A model generated the notes under the pieces. It made no database searches and was not told the DNA's origin. It saw only the letters and a list, made by a program, of their open reading frames with translations. From NCBI GenBank assembly GCA_043228905.1, contig JBHGNT010000004.1, positions 3,844,001-3,908,000 of the forward strand: a stretch of 64,000 nt of DNA, read 5' to 3'. This stretch comes from Azolla caroliniana (taxonomy: Eukaryota > Plantae > Polypodiophyta). Positions within the stretch are counted from its first letter, which is position 1, and every line of letters starts with the position of its first letter. Positions 15,101 to 24,733 of this stretch are shown here, piece by piece. The position numbers and the translations under genes are program-made.

Positions 15101-18100
15101 GATATGTCACTGTAAAGGAATTAATTGATGTCTTTTAAGAGGCACAATTAGCCTATGAGATTGAATGAGAGAATAAATCTCCAAAATGGCAAAAAGGGAC
15201 AGTTTTGCAAGGAACTCCTGCCTATGCGTGATTACTCTTGCATATAGCACATTGAACAAGGAGGGATGCAGTTTTGGTTATAAAGATCCTTGGCCCATAA
15301 AGCTCAAACCACAAGATTAGAATCCCCAGCACAGGAAAAAAATTACATACTTTGGGTCTATAGAAATTATTATGATTACATTAAAACAGGCAGCTAGGTG
15401 GTTAATAATACCAGAACAGCTAGCAGGGTGAGAATCAATTGTGGACTCTACTGCTGCTTGGATATCATTGCTAAGACAATTGTAATTATTATTAAAGGTA
15501 GTTTGTTGATGAGTATATGTCAACAGTTTAAAGGTAGTTTGTTAAACTGTTAATGGCTTAACAGTTTAAACAGTTCGGTTCAGGTTCAAGTTATTTTTAA
15601 CGATTCGGTTTCAATTTGGTTCGGTTTGGGGGGTGAACGGTTTGGTTCAATTTGGTTTCAACGGTTAGAAACCGCGATTTAAACGGTTTAATGGCTTTTT
15701 TATTTAATTTTTTAAATTTTAGTTTTAAATTTTTAAATTTAAAAAAAAAATAATCTTTTCATTTTTAAGCCTAATTCTCACATTTTAGGAAAATCTTTAA
15801 AATTTTGAAAACTTAAAATTTAAAATAATAAAAAAAATTTAATTTGAATTTTGAACTAAGTTGAAAACCAAACCCAACCATGAAACCGCAGTTTTAACGG
15901 TTTGGATTTTTTTTTAATGGTTCGGTTCAAATGGTTTCGTGGTTCGGTTCGGTTCGGTTCGGTTCGATTCAAGTTTCAAAAATTTTAAAAGGTTCAGTTT
16001 TGACACTCTCAAACCAAACCGTTGCCGATTGTTAAATGGGATATGCTAAATACATAAAACAAAATGCACTCATCATGAGAATTGGCATTAAAAGGGCCAG
16101 GCTGTTACACAATCCAATGGGATTTTGTTAAAGCTACAATAGTTAAGTTAGGATTTGGCCCAAAAATATCTCAAATAATTTACTGGCTTCACTGGTTTGT
16201 CACATCTTCATGCATCATTGGTGGTGAATTGAAAGAGTTGTAGAATTCAGTCAATTCAATCAAAACAAATTGTCCAGAACTCATCCACACTTATTTTACA
16301 TGGATAATATAATGCTAGGGTGTAAACTTCATTGTTTGGAGATGCATGATGGCCACAAGGGTATTCCTATGGAGATGCTTATTGGGTGTGCTTTCCACCG
16401 GATTCAATCTTCAAAAGAGAGAGACAGTTTTGTCACAGTTGTGCGTGATATGATGGAGAATCAGAAGGTTTGGAGGAAGCCTTTGGCTCTTGTCCAGATT
16501 TCAACATGGTCTGTCAAACAATGCTTATTTCCTCTAATAGACACTATTTTGGGCACTTTGGACCATCTGGATGGCCCACAATTGTAAGTTCTTTAATTAA
16601 AACCAAATGCTGGAAATAGGCTTCCTCAATGAATCCCTTAGAAAACCTCTATTTGAATGTCTACAACCTAGGGACATCCTGCTTCAAACTTAGAATCTTT
16701 ACTTTTATGTGCCTCTAAGCACTTTCGTATCTACTGAACACTTTGTTATTTTGCAGATTTCTCATTAAGATTTCTTTAGTGATATAAGTATTGATGAAAA
16801 ACACTTGGGCAAAACCTATGAGCAGCTCATTGACCAGACCCATAAAGTTATAATCTTGGACCCATTTTCACTGGCAACAGCATTGCGATTACACTGGAAG
16901 ACAAGCTGCAGTCAGTAGTTTAAGTCGAATCACCAGATCACAGCATCCAAGTACATTTCTCATCATCATTGTTTTTGGTAATGAATCCAGTGGTTGCTAC
17001 TGCAACAACAGCTTGAAAGGGCAGGATTAGTCAAAGGATGGATTTCATCACGAATCAAGTGATATGCCCATTGGTCGTATCAAACACCAGCGAACTTGCA
17101 AAATGGCATAGCGATTTTCTTGCAGACTCCAGAGATCTTTTGCAGAGACTCTACAAACATCATCCTTTGCATCCAGATATTTGTTACTACTGTTGTTGCT
17201 ATGAGTGTCCTCAGAATCTTTTGGATGAGTACCTGTTGGCATGGTTTGGATAACCCTCCCCCCTCATAGCAACATCACCTAAAGATATTTGTTATTATTC
17301 TTCTCGACACCAAGATCCTCAGAATCTATTGTATACATGCCCCATGGTGTGGCTGGATAAACAAGCAAAAAGCTTCTTGTTGCACCCTGACACCTCTTGT
17401 TTCATTGTGCTTGGTGGACAAGCAGCCAGAAAATTGTTACTATGGCTGTTGCCACCACGGTACTTGAATTCTTCTGGATGATTACACCCCATAAGCCTCT
17501 TTTTGTTACTTGTGGCAAGTGTTGACATCATCCTTTGCATCCAGATATTGTGACAATACCATGAATGCAGATAAAACGTTCAACAATTCAATGTACTCCT
17601 ATATCGTAGATCTCATCAATATTTGATATTACTGGTGAACCAATATATGGCTCCCCACATAAAGAGGTACTAAATATGAAACAATCCTGACTGCTAAATT
17701 AGCCAATACAGATATCATTTTCTACTTACAGATATATATCCAAGGGAAATGTGTATGAAAGGAATGAAAATAAGCGAGGAAACTTAATTCAAGCATATTA
17801 GAATATCCCCTGTGAAAAAATGCTGAAAATGATATTGAATCAATCACCAGAAAAATAGTGGCATCTTAAAGTATATAAACATCCAATCAAACTGTCATAT
17901 GAGGCTTTGGACTTCATGGCATGCTTAGGAGTGGCATATGTTCACAAATGGCCATAATTAACCTCGGTCTACCATTTCGAAAAATATATTTGAACACACA
18001 ACAGTGTCATTTGTTCACAAAAGTAATTTCTGACTACTAGGTCACCACATTGTTGGAAAACAAGTTCTATGCTTACATTAAAATATCATCCATTTGAGTC

Positions 18101-19407
18101 TAACCATTGATTAAGACAAGCTTGATTGTTTTCTCAACAGTTGCCCGAGATGGAATGCTCAAAATGAAACATGCATGTCACAAGATACTTACAAACAAAG
18201 AGTAATGCTAGTGGCATGTATTGAAAAGAGTGCGAAGTTAACACCATTTGAAAGAACAGATGGACCAAGATACTTACAAACAAAGAGTAACGCTAGTGGC
18301 ATGTGCTGAAAAGAGTGCAAAGTTAACACCACTTGAAAGAACAGATGGACCAAGAGGGAAAGCTTGACCAGGAGAGACAGTGAATGGACAGTTGTTTGAG
18401 TCAAAACTCTGAGATAAAGAAAATTAGAAAGAGCATTAAAGAATGATGTAATAAGACTCCAAAGAGTGGGTTTTTTTCTGTTTAGCATCAAAATGTAGAT
18501 GAATGGTTTTTAAGAGGCACCTGGATAGGTCTTGCTATTTTTTCACTTGTTATGGAAGGATGGTGTTGTGTTTCAAGGTTTTCCATGCCTAGTACCTTTC
18601 AGAAAAATCAACCATTATTGTGAGAAAAAAGAAGATTTCTAGTGTATACCATTGCGATGCTAAAGTGTAAACGGAAATGGACCTGGCTAGGTCCTTCTTC
18701 CCCAGATTTACTGGAACCTTCCAATGACAGATCTTGATGTGTTTCAAGTTTGGACATGCTCAGCACCTGATAGAAGCCATATATTACCATAAGAGAGAGA
18801 AGATTTCCAGCATATCAAATGCATTATCATGAAGCAAATCGATTGAAATCAAACACATAAGGGCATTATCATGTGGAAAATGTCATCAAACCAGTTTTCC
18901 GAGAATATCCTTAACCAGTTTCTGTGATAATGCAGCAAACTTATTGACAGCATAAAACATAAAAAAAGAAATAATCTTTCTAGCGAATCTTTACCGGTTT
19001 TTGCAATCTCCGATAAGGTGAAGAACTCCAAATGTGACATGAGAGCTTGGACTTCCTTCCAAGAAAACGATTCTGAAAACTGTAAGAAATAGAAAAATTC
19101 AAGTTCACCATGGACAAAAATACAATCAAGAAAGAACTGAAAACTTCTGAAAACTGTAGGCAATCGACTTTGTGTCAGTGTGTGCAAGTTTACAATTGTG
19201 GACATCATTAGAATGCAGCTCCAATCCAGAATGGAAAAGAAAAATTAAAGAAGGAAGATGTTATATAAATTAAAGGAACTAGAAGGATTACCTGCAGGGA
19301 GAGGAGCCGTATTGTGAGGAGAGAAATCCATTTCTCACCGATGGGGTTGGGAAGCTTCTATGGTGGAAGGAAGGAGGGGGCGGATGAGGAGGAGGGTGGA
19401 GATACAT
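642..19407 (-). CDS. ISA3: Isoamylase 3, chloroplastic starch-debranching enzyme (GH13). 23 exons in the window; 3'-terminal exon outside the window
   Basis: Spliced exons join in frame (2235 nt) with GT..AG borders. Motifs: [56 protein letters not shown], catalytic GFRFDLAS / IAEPWD / [32 protein letters not shown]-terminus is Ser/Pro/Arg-rich like a transit peptide. Confidence 0.95.
1700..2460 (+). mobile_element. Highly degraded Ty1/copia RT-RNase H remnant in an ISA3 intron
   Basis: [10 protein letters not shown] resembles AYSDADWAGD; SWTTKSH resembles SWKSKKQ; boundaries approximate. Confidence 0.4.
3075..3136 (-). CDS. ISA3: ISA3 exon 22 ([21 protein letters not shown])
   Basis: Motif and splice sites. 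Confidence 0.93.
3206..3304 (-). CDS. ISA3: ISA3 exon 21 ([20 protein letters not shown]...FLRK)
   Basis: Motif and splice sites. Confidence 0.92.
3874..4230. repeat. Near-perfect tandem duplication, ~174-bp unit with 9-bp spacer (period 183)
   Basis: attaggaagttgtatggtcccagg...gcatccataga at 3874-4047 and 4057-4230. Confidence 0.9.
4340..5060 (-). mobile_element. LINE ORF2 3' fragment (post-RT region and C-terminal zinc-finger region)
   Basis: ORF 4660-4932 ([11 protein letters not shown]...[11 protein letters not shown]...KLEYY) followed by a degraded C..C...EDE.H motif. Confidence 0.6.
5213..5450 (+). mobile_element. Short LINE 3' fragment, same family as 12240-13130
   Basis: RICQLCHQ...[23 protein letters not shown] is nearly identical to 12777-13010, with an internal deletion. 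Confidence 0.7.
5492..7570 (+). mobile_element. Truncated Ty1/copia retrotransposon (putative 5' LTR, PBS, gag, protease, start of integrase) in ISA3 intron 20
   Basis: TG..CA segment 5492-5705, degenerate tRNA-Met PBS tagtattggagc, gag [16 protein letters not shown], decayed [24 protein letters not shown]; many stops and frameshifts. Confidence 0.8.
6825..7145. repeat. ~155-bp tandem duplication inside the Copia protease region (period 164)
   Basis: tgcaagtag...aagagctt.tt.tctg.ggg repeated at 6825 and 6989. Confidence 0.85.
7897..8000. mobile_element. hAT-type MITE, left-end fragment
   Basis: TIR TAGCAATCGGCAAC plus AACCG/CGGTT subterminal repeats; related to 15545-16034 and 19670-20196. 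Confidence 0.7.
8191..8295 (-). CDS. ISA3: ISA3 exon 20 ([11 protein letters not shown]...GNNNSYGHD...FQWKQ)
   Basis: Motif and splice sites. Confidence 0.95.
8412..8491 (-). CDS. ISA3: ISA3 exon 19 (...[16 protein letters not shown])
   Basis: Motif and splice sites. Confidence 0.94.
8585..8657 (-). CDS. ISA3: ISA3 exon 18 ([24 protein letters not shown])
   Basis: Motif and splice sites. Confidence 0.95.
8751..8840 (-). CDS. ISA3: ISA3 exon 17 ([30 protein letters not shown])
   Basis: GH13 conserved region IV. Confidence 0.95.
8946..9008 (-). CDS. ISA3: ISA3 exon 16 ([21 protein letters not shown])
   Basis: Motif and splice sites. Confidence 0.93.
9444..9495 (-). CDS. ISA3: ISA3 exon 15 ([17 protein letters not shown])
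   Basis: Motif and splice sites. Confidence 0.95.
9579..9679 (-). CDS. ISA3: ISA3 exon 14 (AISKD...[20 protein letters not shown], catalytic Glu)
   Basis: GH13 conserved region III. Confidence 0.95.
9790..9889 (-). CDS. ISA3: ISA3 exon 13 ([15 protein letters not shown]..., catalytic nucleophile Asp)
   Basis: GH13 conserved region II. Confidence 0.95.
10475..10538 (-). CDS. ISA3: ISA3 exon 12 ([22 protein letters not shown])
   Basis: Motif and splice sites. Confidence 0.93.
10612..10669 (-). CDS. ISA3: ISA3 exon 11 (TYYMVD...NFSGC)
   Basis: Motif and splice sites. Confidence 0.92.
11099..11185 (-). CDS. ISA3: ISA3 exon 10 ([15 protein letters not shown]...FRGIDNL)
   Basis: GH13 conserved region I. 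Confidence 0.95.
11305..11439 (-). CDS. ISA3: ISA3 exon 9 ([12 protein letters not shown]...LHQAGIE)
   Basis: Motif and splice sites. Confidence 0.95.
12240..13130 (+). mobile_element. 5'-truncated LINE (RTEX-like C-terminal CCHC domain) in ISA3 intron 8
   Basis: [11 protein letters not shown] / [30 protein letters not shown] with frameshifts and stops. Confidence 0.75.
13618..13722 (-). CDS. ISA3: ISA3 exon 8 ([22 protein letters not shown]...PRDHM)
   Basis: Motif and splice sites. Confidence 0.95.
13807..13911 (-). CDS. ISA3: ISA3 exon 7 ([13 protein letters not shown]...GLIEK)
   Basis: Motif and splice sites. Confidence 0.95.
14022..14255 (-). CDS. ISA3: ISA3 exon 6 ([16 protein letters not shown]...LLDPYAK...FDW)
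   Basis: Conserved YGYRVDGP and LLDPYAK motifs. Confidence 0.93.
14628..14721 (-). CDS. ISA3: ISA3 exon 5 (...[12 protein letters not shown])
   Basis: Motif and GT-AG borders, phase fits. Confidence 0.9.
15545..16034. mobile_element. hAT-type MITE lacking its left end
   Basis: Right TIR GTTGCCGATTGTTA, GGTTC/AACCG subterminal arrays, AT-rich core. Confidence 0.75.
16100..17570 (-). mobile_element. Probable highly degraded Copia-like remnant in ISA3 intron 4
   Basis: TWML.SGDST resembles the WxLDSGAS protease motif; an integrase-like FFI..Y...VFS..K stretch; internal repeat catcatcctttgcatccagatatt at 17158 and 17527. Confidence 0.35.
18181..18355 (-). repeat. 85-bp tandem duplication of the 3' part of ISA3 exon 4 plus its donor site
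   Basis: caagatacttacaaacaaagag... at 18181 and 18266; 5 mismatches; CAAGA microhomology. Confidence 0.95.
18278..18408 (-). CDS. ISA3: ISA3 exon 4 ([12 protein letters not shown]...[17 protein letters not shown], start of CBM48)
   Basis: Conserved PG.AFPLG...[15 protein letters not shown] motif; GTAAGT donor. Confidence 0.9.
18683..18766 (-). CDS. ISA3: ISA3 exon 3 ([28 protein letters not shown])
   Basis: atcag acceptor, weak GTCCAT donor, phase 0/0. Confidence 0.65.
18995..19079 (-). CDS. ISA3: ISA3 exon 2 ([28 protein letters not shown])
   Basis: ttacag acceptor, GTAAAG donor, phase-compatible with exons 1 and 3. Confidence 0.7.
19292..19407 (-). CDS. ISA3: ISA3 exon 1 ([14 protein letters not shown]..., transit peptide)
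   Basis: ATG at 19407; donor AG|GTAATC; phase 2 fits the next exon. Confidence 0.75.
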
Positions 19408-19669
19408 GGAGGAGAATCAAAGGAGCTCGAAATTAGCCTTCTCAACTCGATCACGCACAGTCGATCGATCGTGCTGCAGTCATTTGGCCGTGTGAGAGAG
19501 TGAGTAATATAAGAAATTGTTACAGAAATAACACTTCAAAACAAAAAAACCTTCACTCTCCCAATTATGTACATATCACATGGACATAAAAAGATGAGTA
19601 CCATTTTACATGCAAAATGTCCGGCTTATGTCCGAGATAAGAGACAAAATATAAAGACATACTTGGACC

Positions 19670-20196
19670 TATCAATGGGCATGATTTCGGCTCGAACCGA
19701 ACCGAACCGTTAAACCATGGTTTATTGGTTCCGAAAAAAATTTAATGGTTTGGATTTTCGATAAACGATTCGGTTCGGTTCTAAAACTCGGGTTTATAGG
19801 TTTTTGGTTAACTTTTTGTTTACCTTAATAGTTTATTAGTTTAATAGTTTAATTGATTTTTTATTGATTTAATTCATTTAATTTAATGGTTCAATTAAAA
19901 TTTCTTTTATTGATTTAATAAATTTAACTTAAATGCTTATTTAATTTTAATGTATTTTTGTTTATTTAGATATTTAATTAGTTTGATTTAAATGGTTAGG
20001 TTTAAATTTTTTATTAAATGGTTTGATTTGGTTTCAACTTTTCCCTAAACGGTTTGGTTTAAATTTTTTCTTAAATGGTTTGATTTGGTTTCAACTTTTC
20101 CCTAAACGGTTTGGTTTGGTTTTTGTTTTATATAAACGGTTCGGTTTTGGTTCAGTTTCTTTTTCTTGAGACTGAACCGAACCGTGCCCATTGCTA
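19670..20196. mobile_element. Complete non-autonomous hAT MITE upstream of ISA3
   Basis: Perfect 8-bp TSD CTTGGACC (19662-19669 and 20197-20204); TIRs TATCAATGGGCATG / CGTGCCCATTGCTA; AACCG subterminal repeats. Confidence 0.92.
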
Positions 20197-21736
20197 CTTG
20201 GACCCTCTCCCAATTGTTGTATACCTCAGACATAAAGACACTTAGTTAGGTATATATCTTAAAGCTAAAATGGCATAGAGAGAGTAAGCTATAGAATATT
20301 GTCCATTATCATTCTAATATTCACTAACGCATAACCACTAAGTTTTTTCTAGGGACTCGAGAGGGACGATGAACATGGACACTCTTGCACCACTTGACCT
20401 CTCACTCTCTAAAGCAGAAAACCAGAGAGCAATCAAACGCCCTCGAAATGTGAGTTTCCACGTGTAGAAGATACTCGAGTTTCAAAGTCACTCATTGTCA
20501 TGCAGTAGATGTTACAAAGATAATAGAACATGAGTTGCCCCGCCTAGAGGCTACGGACCACACCCACAAAGAAACCTTTCAACCCCTCGCTCCTTTTCGA
20601 GAGACTTGAATGGAAATTACACTAGTCTCAACGCATAGTCATTCCCTTTTGGGAAGAAAAATGCAATTGAACTTCTTATCATTTGGCTATTGAGGTTGGA
20701 TAAATGCCTCATAATCATAGGCTAACATAAGAGGTTGAGCCTAGAGATACCTCTAGATTAAGCTCATACAAAGCAAGATTGTATATTGGTTAGTGTACTT
20801 GGCTTCAATAACTTCTAGATACATTACGACAAGTCAAGTTCTTTTCGGGGTCTGACCTTGTTATTTCGATGAAACATGAAACAACTCAATTATGCGTGCT
20901 AGGTGTATATGCCTTAAAAAATCATATAGCCATACTTATTCTTACTCTTTTTTATCATTAGCAACAACTCTCTGTTTTTTAGTTGAAAAATAATGGAACT
21001 TGAAAATGGATTCGTGTAACTTGAAAATCCCATCCTATTTTTCTTTTTTTGTTTCTTCTTTGTGCTCGTAAACCTCGCCGTGTTAAGAAATAGAACTTTA
21101 GTTGAAAGCACCGTTAGCCATTTGAGAGCATTCTCGCCTCTGAGAATAAGATGAGACAGTGAGTTGTTCTCATTCTCCAGTGAGTGACAATTTTGGCGGT
21201 TTTTCCAATAACAATGGAACGAAACATCAATCCACACTAATCTAACCGAGCACATTATCAGTGTTATGCTCTTTATTGTCATGATAAGAAAAAATAAGAG
21301 ATGGCTACTCTTGTGACAAGATTTTGAATTTTCCTTTATTAACACCCTAATCTCCAAACATGTCATTGAAAACTTATGTATACCATTAGAATTAGATGTT
21401 AAAAACTTTATCAAATGTGTTTCTTCTGACAATTGTAACCAAATTACTACATCAGGTTCACTAAATATGTTGTGTAAACACAGGAGTGTGTGCTACTCGA
21501 GCGATGTCATGACCACGGTGTCGTGATATGGCAGGCCCAAAGGTAGAAAGTGGACAAAAAGGGGGGGGCAACCATGATCACAGAATGTATATATATATAT
21601 ATATATAATAAAGAAAAGTACATGACCAAATGGTTGGGGTTACTGACTATGTACATGGGGTGAGGAGTTCAAATATGTGCCTTCGTTGCTCTAAACAATT
21701 TGTCATGTAACCTCGGATCAATCTACAATACGCAAG

Positions 21737-22052
21737 AACTTATGGGGAAGGGTAAAGAGGGCCTTTTCACATTGTATCACGACCTCCCTGCCCTAATGGC
21801 ACATGCACGAGCGTTTACGCAACATAATTTATTGAACCCAACACGAAAGAGCGACAAGGGAGGCAAAGATACAAGTAGAGTATTTCATTGTGATAATGGT
21901 AGCGGTTCATAACTTATGGGGAAGGGTAAAGAGGGCCTTCTCACCTTGCTCTAATAGCACATGCACGAGCATTTACACAACATAATTTGTTGACCCCAAC
22001 ATGAAAGAGTGGCAAGGGAGGCAAAGATACAAGTAGAGTATTTCATTGTGAT
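21737..22052. repeat. Tandem duplication (period 174), second copy internally deleted
   Basis: aacttatggggaagggtaaagagggcc...gtatttcattgtgat at 21737 and 21911. Confidence 0.85.
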
Positions 22053-22069
22053 GGTGGTGGTGGCAATGA

Positions 22070-23870
22070 ACAGATGATGTAGGAGACAAAAAATATAGTC
22101 GAGCTTAACAAAGCCATAGAGATGGTCATGGGAACATCAGGCCTTTTGATAAGAAATACATCTCTCAATACTTAGAGGCCTACAAATCCGAGATGCTAAT
22201 GAGAGGCATCTTGCTACCAAAGCAGTTACTAAGCGGCTTTGCAACAGTGGTAGTTTTAAGTCTTCATGCGGAGATACTCAAAATGCGAGCATCTAGGGGT
22301 GCGGCCATCAACAAGCTCACAAAGATGGTGAAGGACTTCTAGATAGCCAAAGCAAGGAGAGATGGTGAGTGCCCTCCTCAAGACTTGATGGCCTACAATT
22401 GCACAAAGATGCACACACCTCAACCACTAGAGAAGGAAATGCAAAGTATTCCAAGAGGCCCTACATAAAATTATCATCTATTTTGTAGGTAACAGGGTGA
22501 ACTAGATGGAAATGAGGCACCCCTAGGTTGTGAACTTCAACATAGCGGGCATGAAGATGCTAATGGAAGATGCAAAGGTGCACATGTCAAGTTGTCCACT
22601 ACTTGACAACAACTAAGAATTGAGTAGGGAAAGGGGCCTGACATCATGACAAGAAGGGAGCGGAGTTTGCCCATCCATCATTGGGAGTCTCACAAGATAG
22701 TAGAAGGAAACAGACTCAACTAAAAAAGAGGGTCCAAAAAGCAATATGATGGAAGTATTCAATGGAAGAGAGGATGGGTTTAGGGAAAGATGCCTACCAT
22801 AACTCGAAGTTTTGGTTGAAGAAAAGACCTTAGGGAAACATAGGGGAGGTGTGCCTTAAAAAATATATGACATCCGAAATGCTCAAAGAAGAAGGGAGTG
22901 GTTCTGACCCTAACTCGGAATGACAAAATCTATTCCAAAATTTAGGGGACATAACATGCCCTGGGCTATTAGGTTTCATGCTTTAATAGTTCGCATAAAA
23001 ATTTGTCCCAATTTCCTCCTTTGGTAATGGTTTGGCTTGACAGTTACAAATTGGACTGACCACTTCCCATCCTATCTCTTCACTCTCACGTATGCCAACC
23101 AATTGTCTAGCAACAAGTTATCTCCGAGCGACCCATCGTAATGTATGGCTCTCCCATTATGATGGAGTGGGAGAATGATTCTTGGATAAATAAATGTTGG
23201 TCTATTTTCACATCCCCAACCTTCACCCACATTTGGGAAAACACCGTGTAGCTCCTTTAAACTGGCTCAAGGTTTCCACTCTTATCTTCCTACCGTGCTT
23301 CATATTGATCGACCATATCCCCCTTTTCGTAGAGTTCCATGAACAGTAGGTTTATTTCATAGTTATGGTTGATCAGCATTACGACAAGCTCTTTAACATC
23401 CTTGGTTCATACTGGGTTTTTTGTCATTTCTCTTTCCCAATGTGACCTTGTGTGGTTACTATCCACGCAATCTCCCTTAGCCTTGAACTTATGTGTTATT
23501 ACTTCGTATTCACCCTTATGGGCTTTGTTCCTTTCTTCTCAATAGAGTGTAACTTCCTCTTCATTAAATCTATGACGACATCATGCAATTCCCTCTTCGC
23601 CATATTGAGAATTTCTCGTAGATTGAACACCATGCAACTCTCAAGGATCCCCTCTCCTCCATAACCCACTTGAGGTTTGTCATTTGGTCTATTTTGGAGC
23701 ACAACTTCCAAGATCAACCCAACTTCCTCCTTTGCCTTCTCATTGTTTGCCAAGGTTGGAACCAAATCCCCCTTTCCTTCTAAGCTTCTCGGGTGTCATA
23801 TTTCTTCGAGAGCCTGAATCCTTCATCCTTCCTTACTTTGAAGTGAGATTTCGTTCCAAAGAAAATACTG
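22070..23870. mobile_element. Old degraded Ty3/gypsy remnants: gag-like on + (~22070-22800), gag/protease-like on - (~23000-23870)
   Basis: FDKKYISQYLEAYKSEMLMRG is gag-like; minus strand has LREILNMAKRELHDVVIDLMKRK, a LIDHNYEINL protease-like motif and IMGEPYIT. Confidence 0.55.
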
Positions 23871-24318
23871 TTGCAAATATGTTGGACGTTAGAGCACTAA
23901 GGAATAAAAGTTAATATCAAGGATTCAAGTATCACATAAATCAAATAGGTAAGAAACCCGAATGGATAAAGATAAAGGCATTTTTCAAATATGTCAAAAA
24001 GTAGAAAAAAAGAAAGTCACGAATAAAAAGATTCAAATAGAGGAAAACACATATAACTTCTTCATCCGATATTTAAATTGAGAAAGAAAATATTCATTTA
24101 AAAGCTAACAACAAGAGCTTTCCCACACTATCTTGGATGCCAAAATTGGAGCTATAAAGAGAAAAAAAATGATAATAAAAAAAGTAAGTCGGTGTCACAA
24201 GACGATAACTAGGTCTATATTTAGGATATATTTAAAAAAAATCTTCAACGCATCACATAAACTCAAGTATATCCATTAGAAAGCGAGGATAAAAGATAGG
24301 GAACACAAAAAAACTTAT

Positions 24319-24733
24319 TCTCATGACTCGTGAGTAGGAGATATATATATATATATATATATAAGACTTCAAATGGAAATGAGATTATATTATGAGGAAA
24401 CAAGATTACAAAGAGTAGGCTAAGGGCTAAAGACTGGTGTTGAACCGAATGAGTTGTGATGAATGAATGGACACTTATTTATAGGTCCTTATGAAGGATT
24501 CTAGAATGTTCTAGAATATTTTAGATATTTATGATAATAAATATAATCATGAAATATTCAAGGATGTTCTAGAATAATCTAGAATGTTCTAGAATATTCT
24601 AAATATCTCATAATAACTAAAAATATAATTATTATAATTATATATCATATATGTTATTACAATGGTTAAGGGTTCAACACATAGACCACGAAGTTGTGGG
24701 TTCAATTCCTGGTTAATGTATGTCTTCATGACA
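24319..24733 (-). repeat. 3' LTR of element 1
   Basis: Homologous to 29555-29983; preceded by the PPT in element sense. Confidence 0.92.

Noticed and set aside
7897-16034. Left hAT TIR at 7897 and right TIR at 16034 as a composite transposon carrying ISA3 exons 5-20
   Set aside because: Flanks ATATTCCC and AATGGGAT are not a TSD, and ISA3 is collinear across both ends. These are two independent truncated MITEs.
20914-21432. 172-aa minus-strand ORF upstream of ISA3
   Set aside because: Non-ATG start, low-complexity AT-rich composition, and no motif or splice support.
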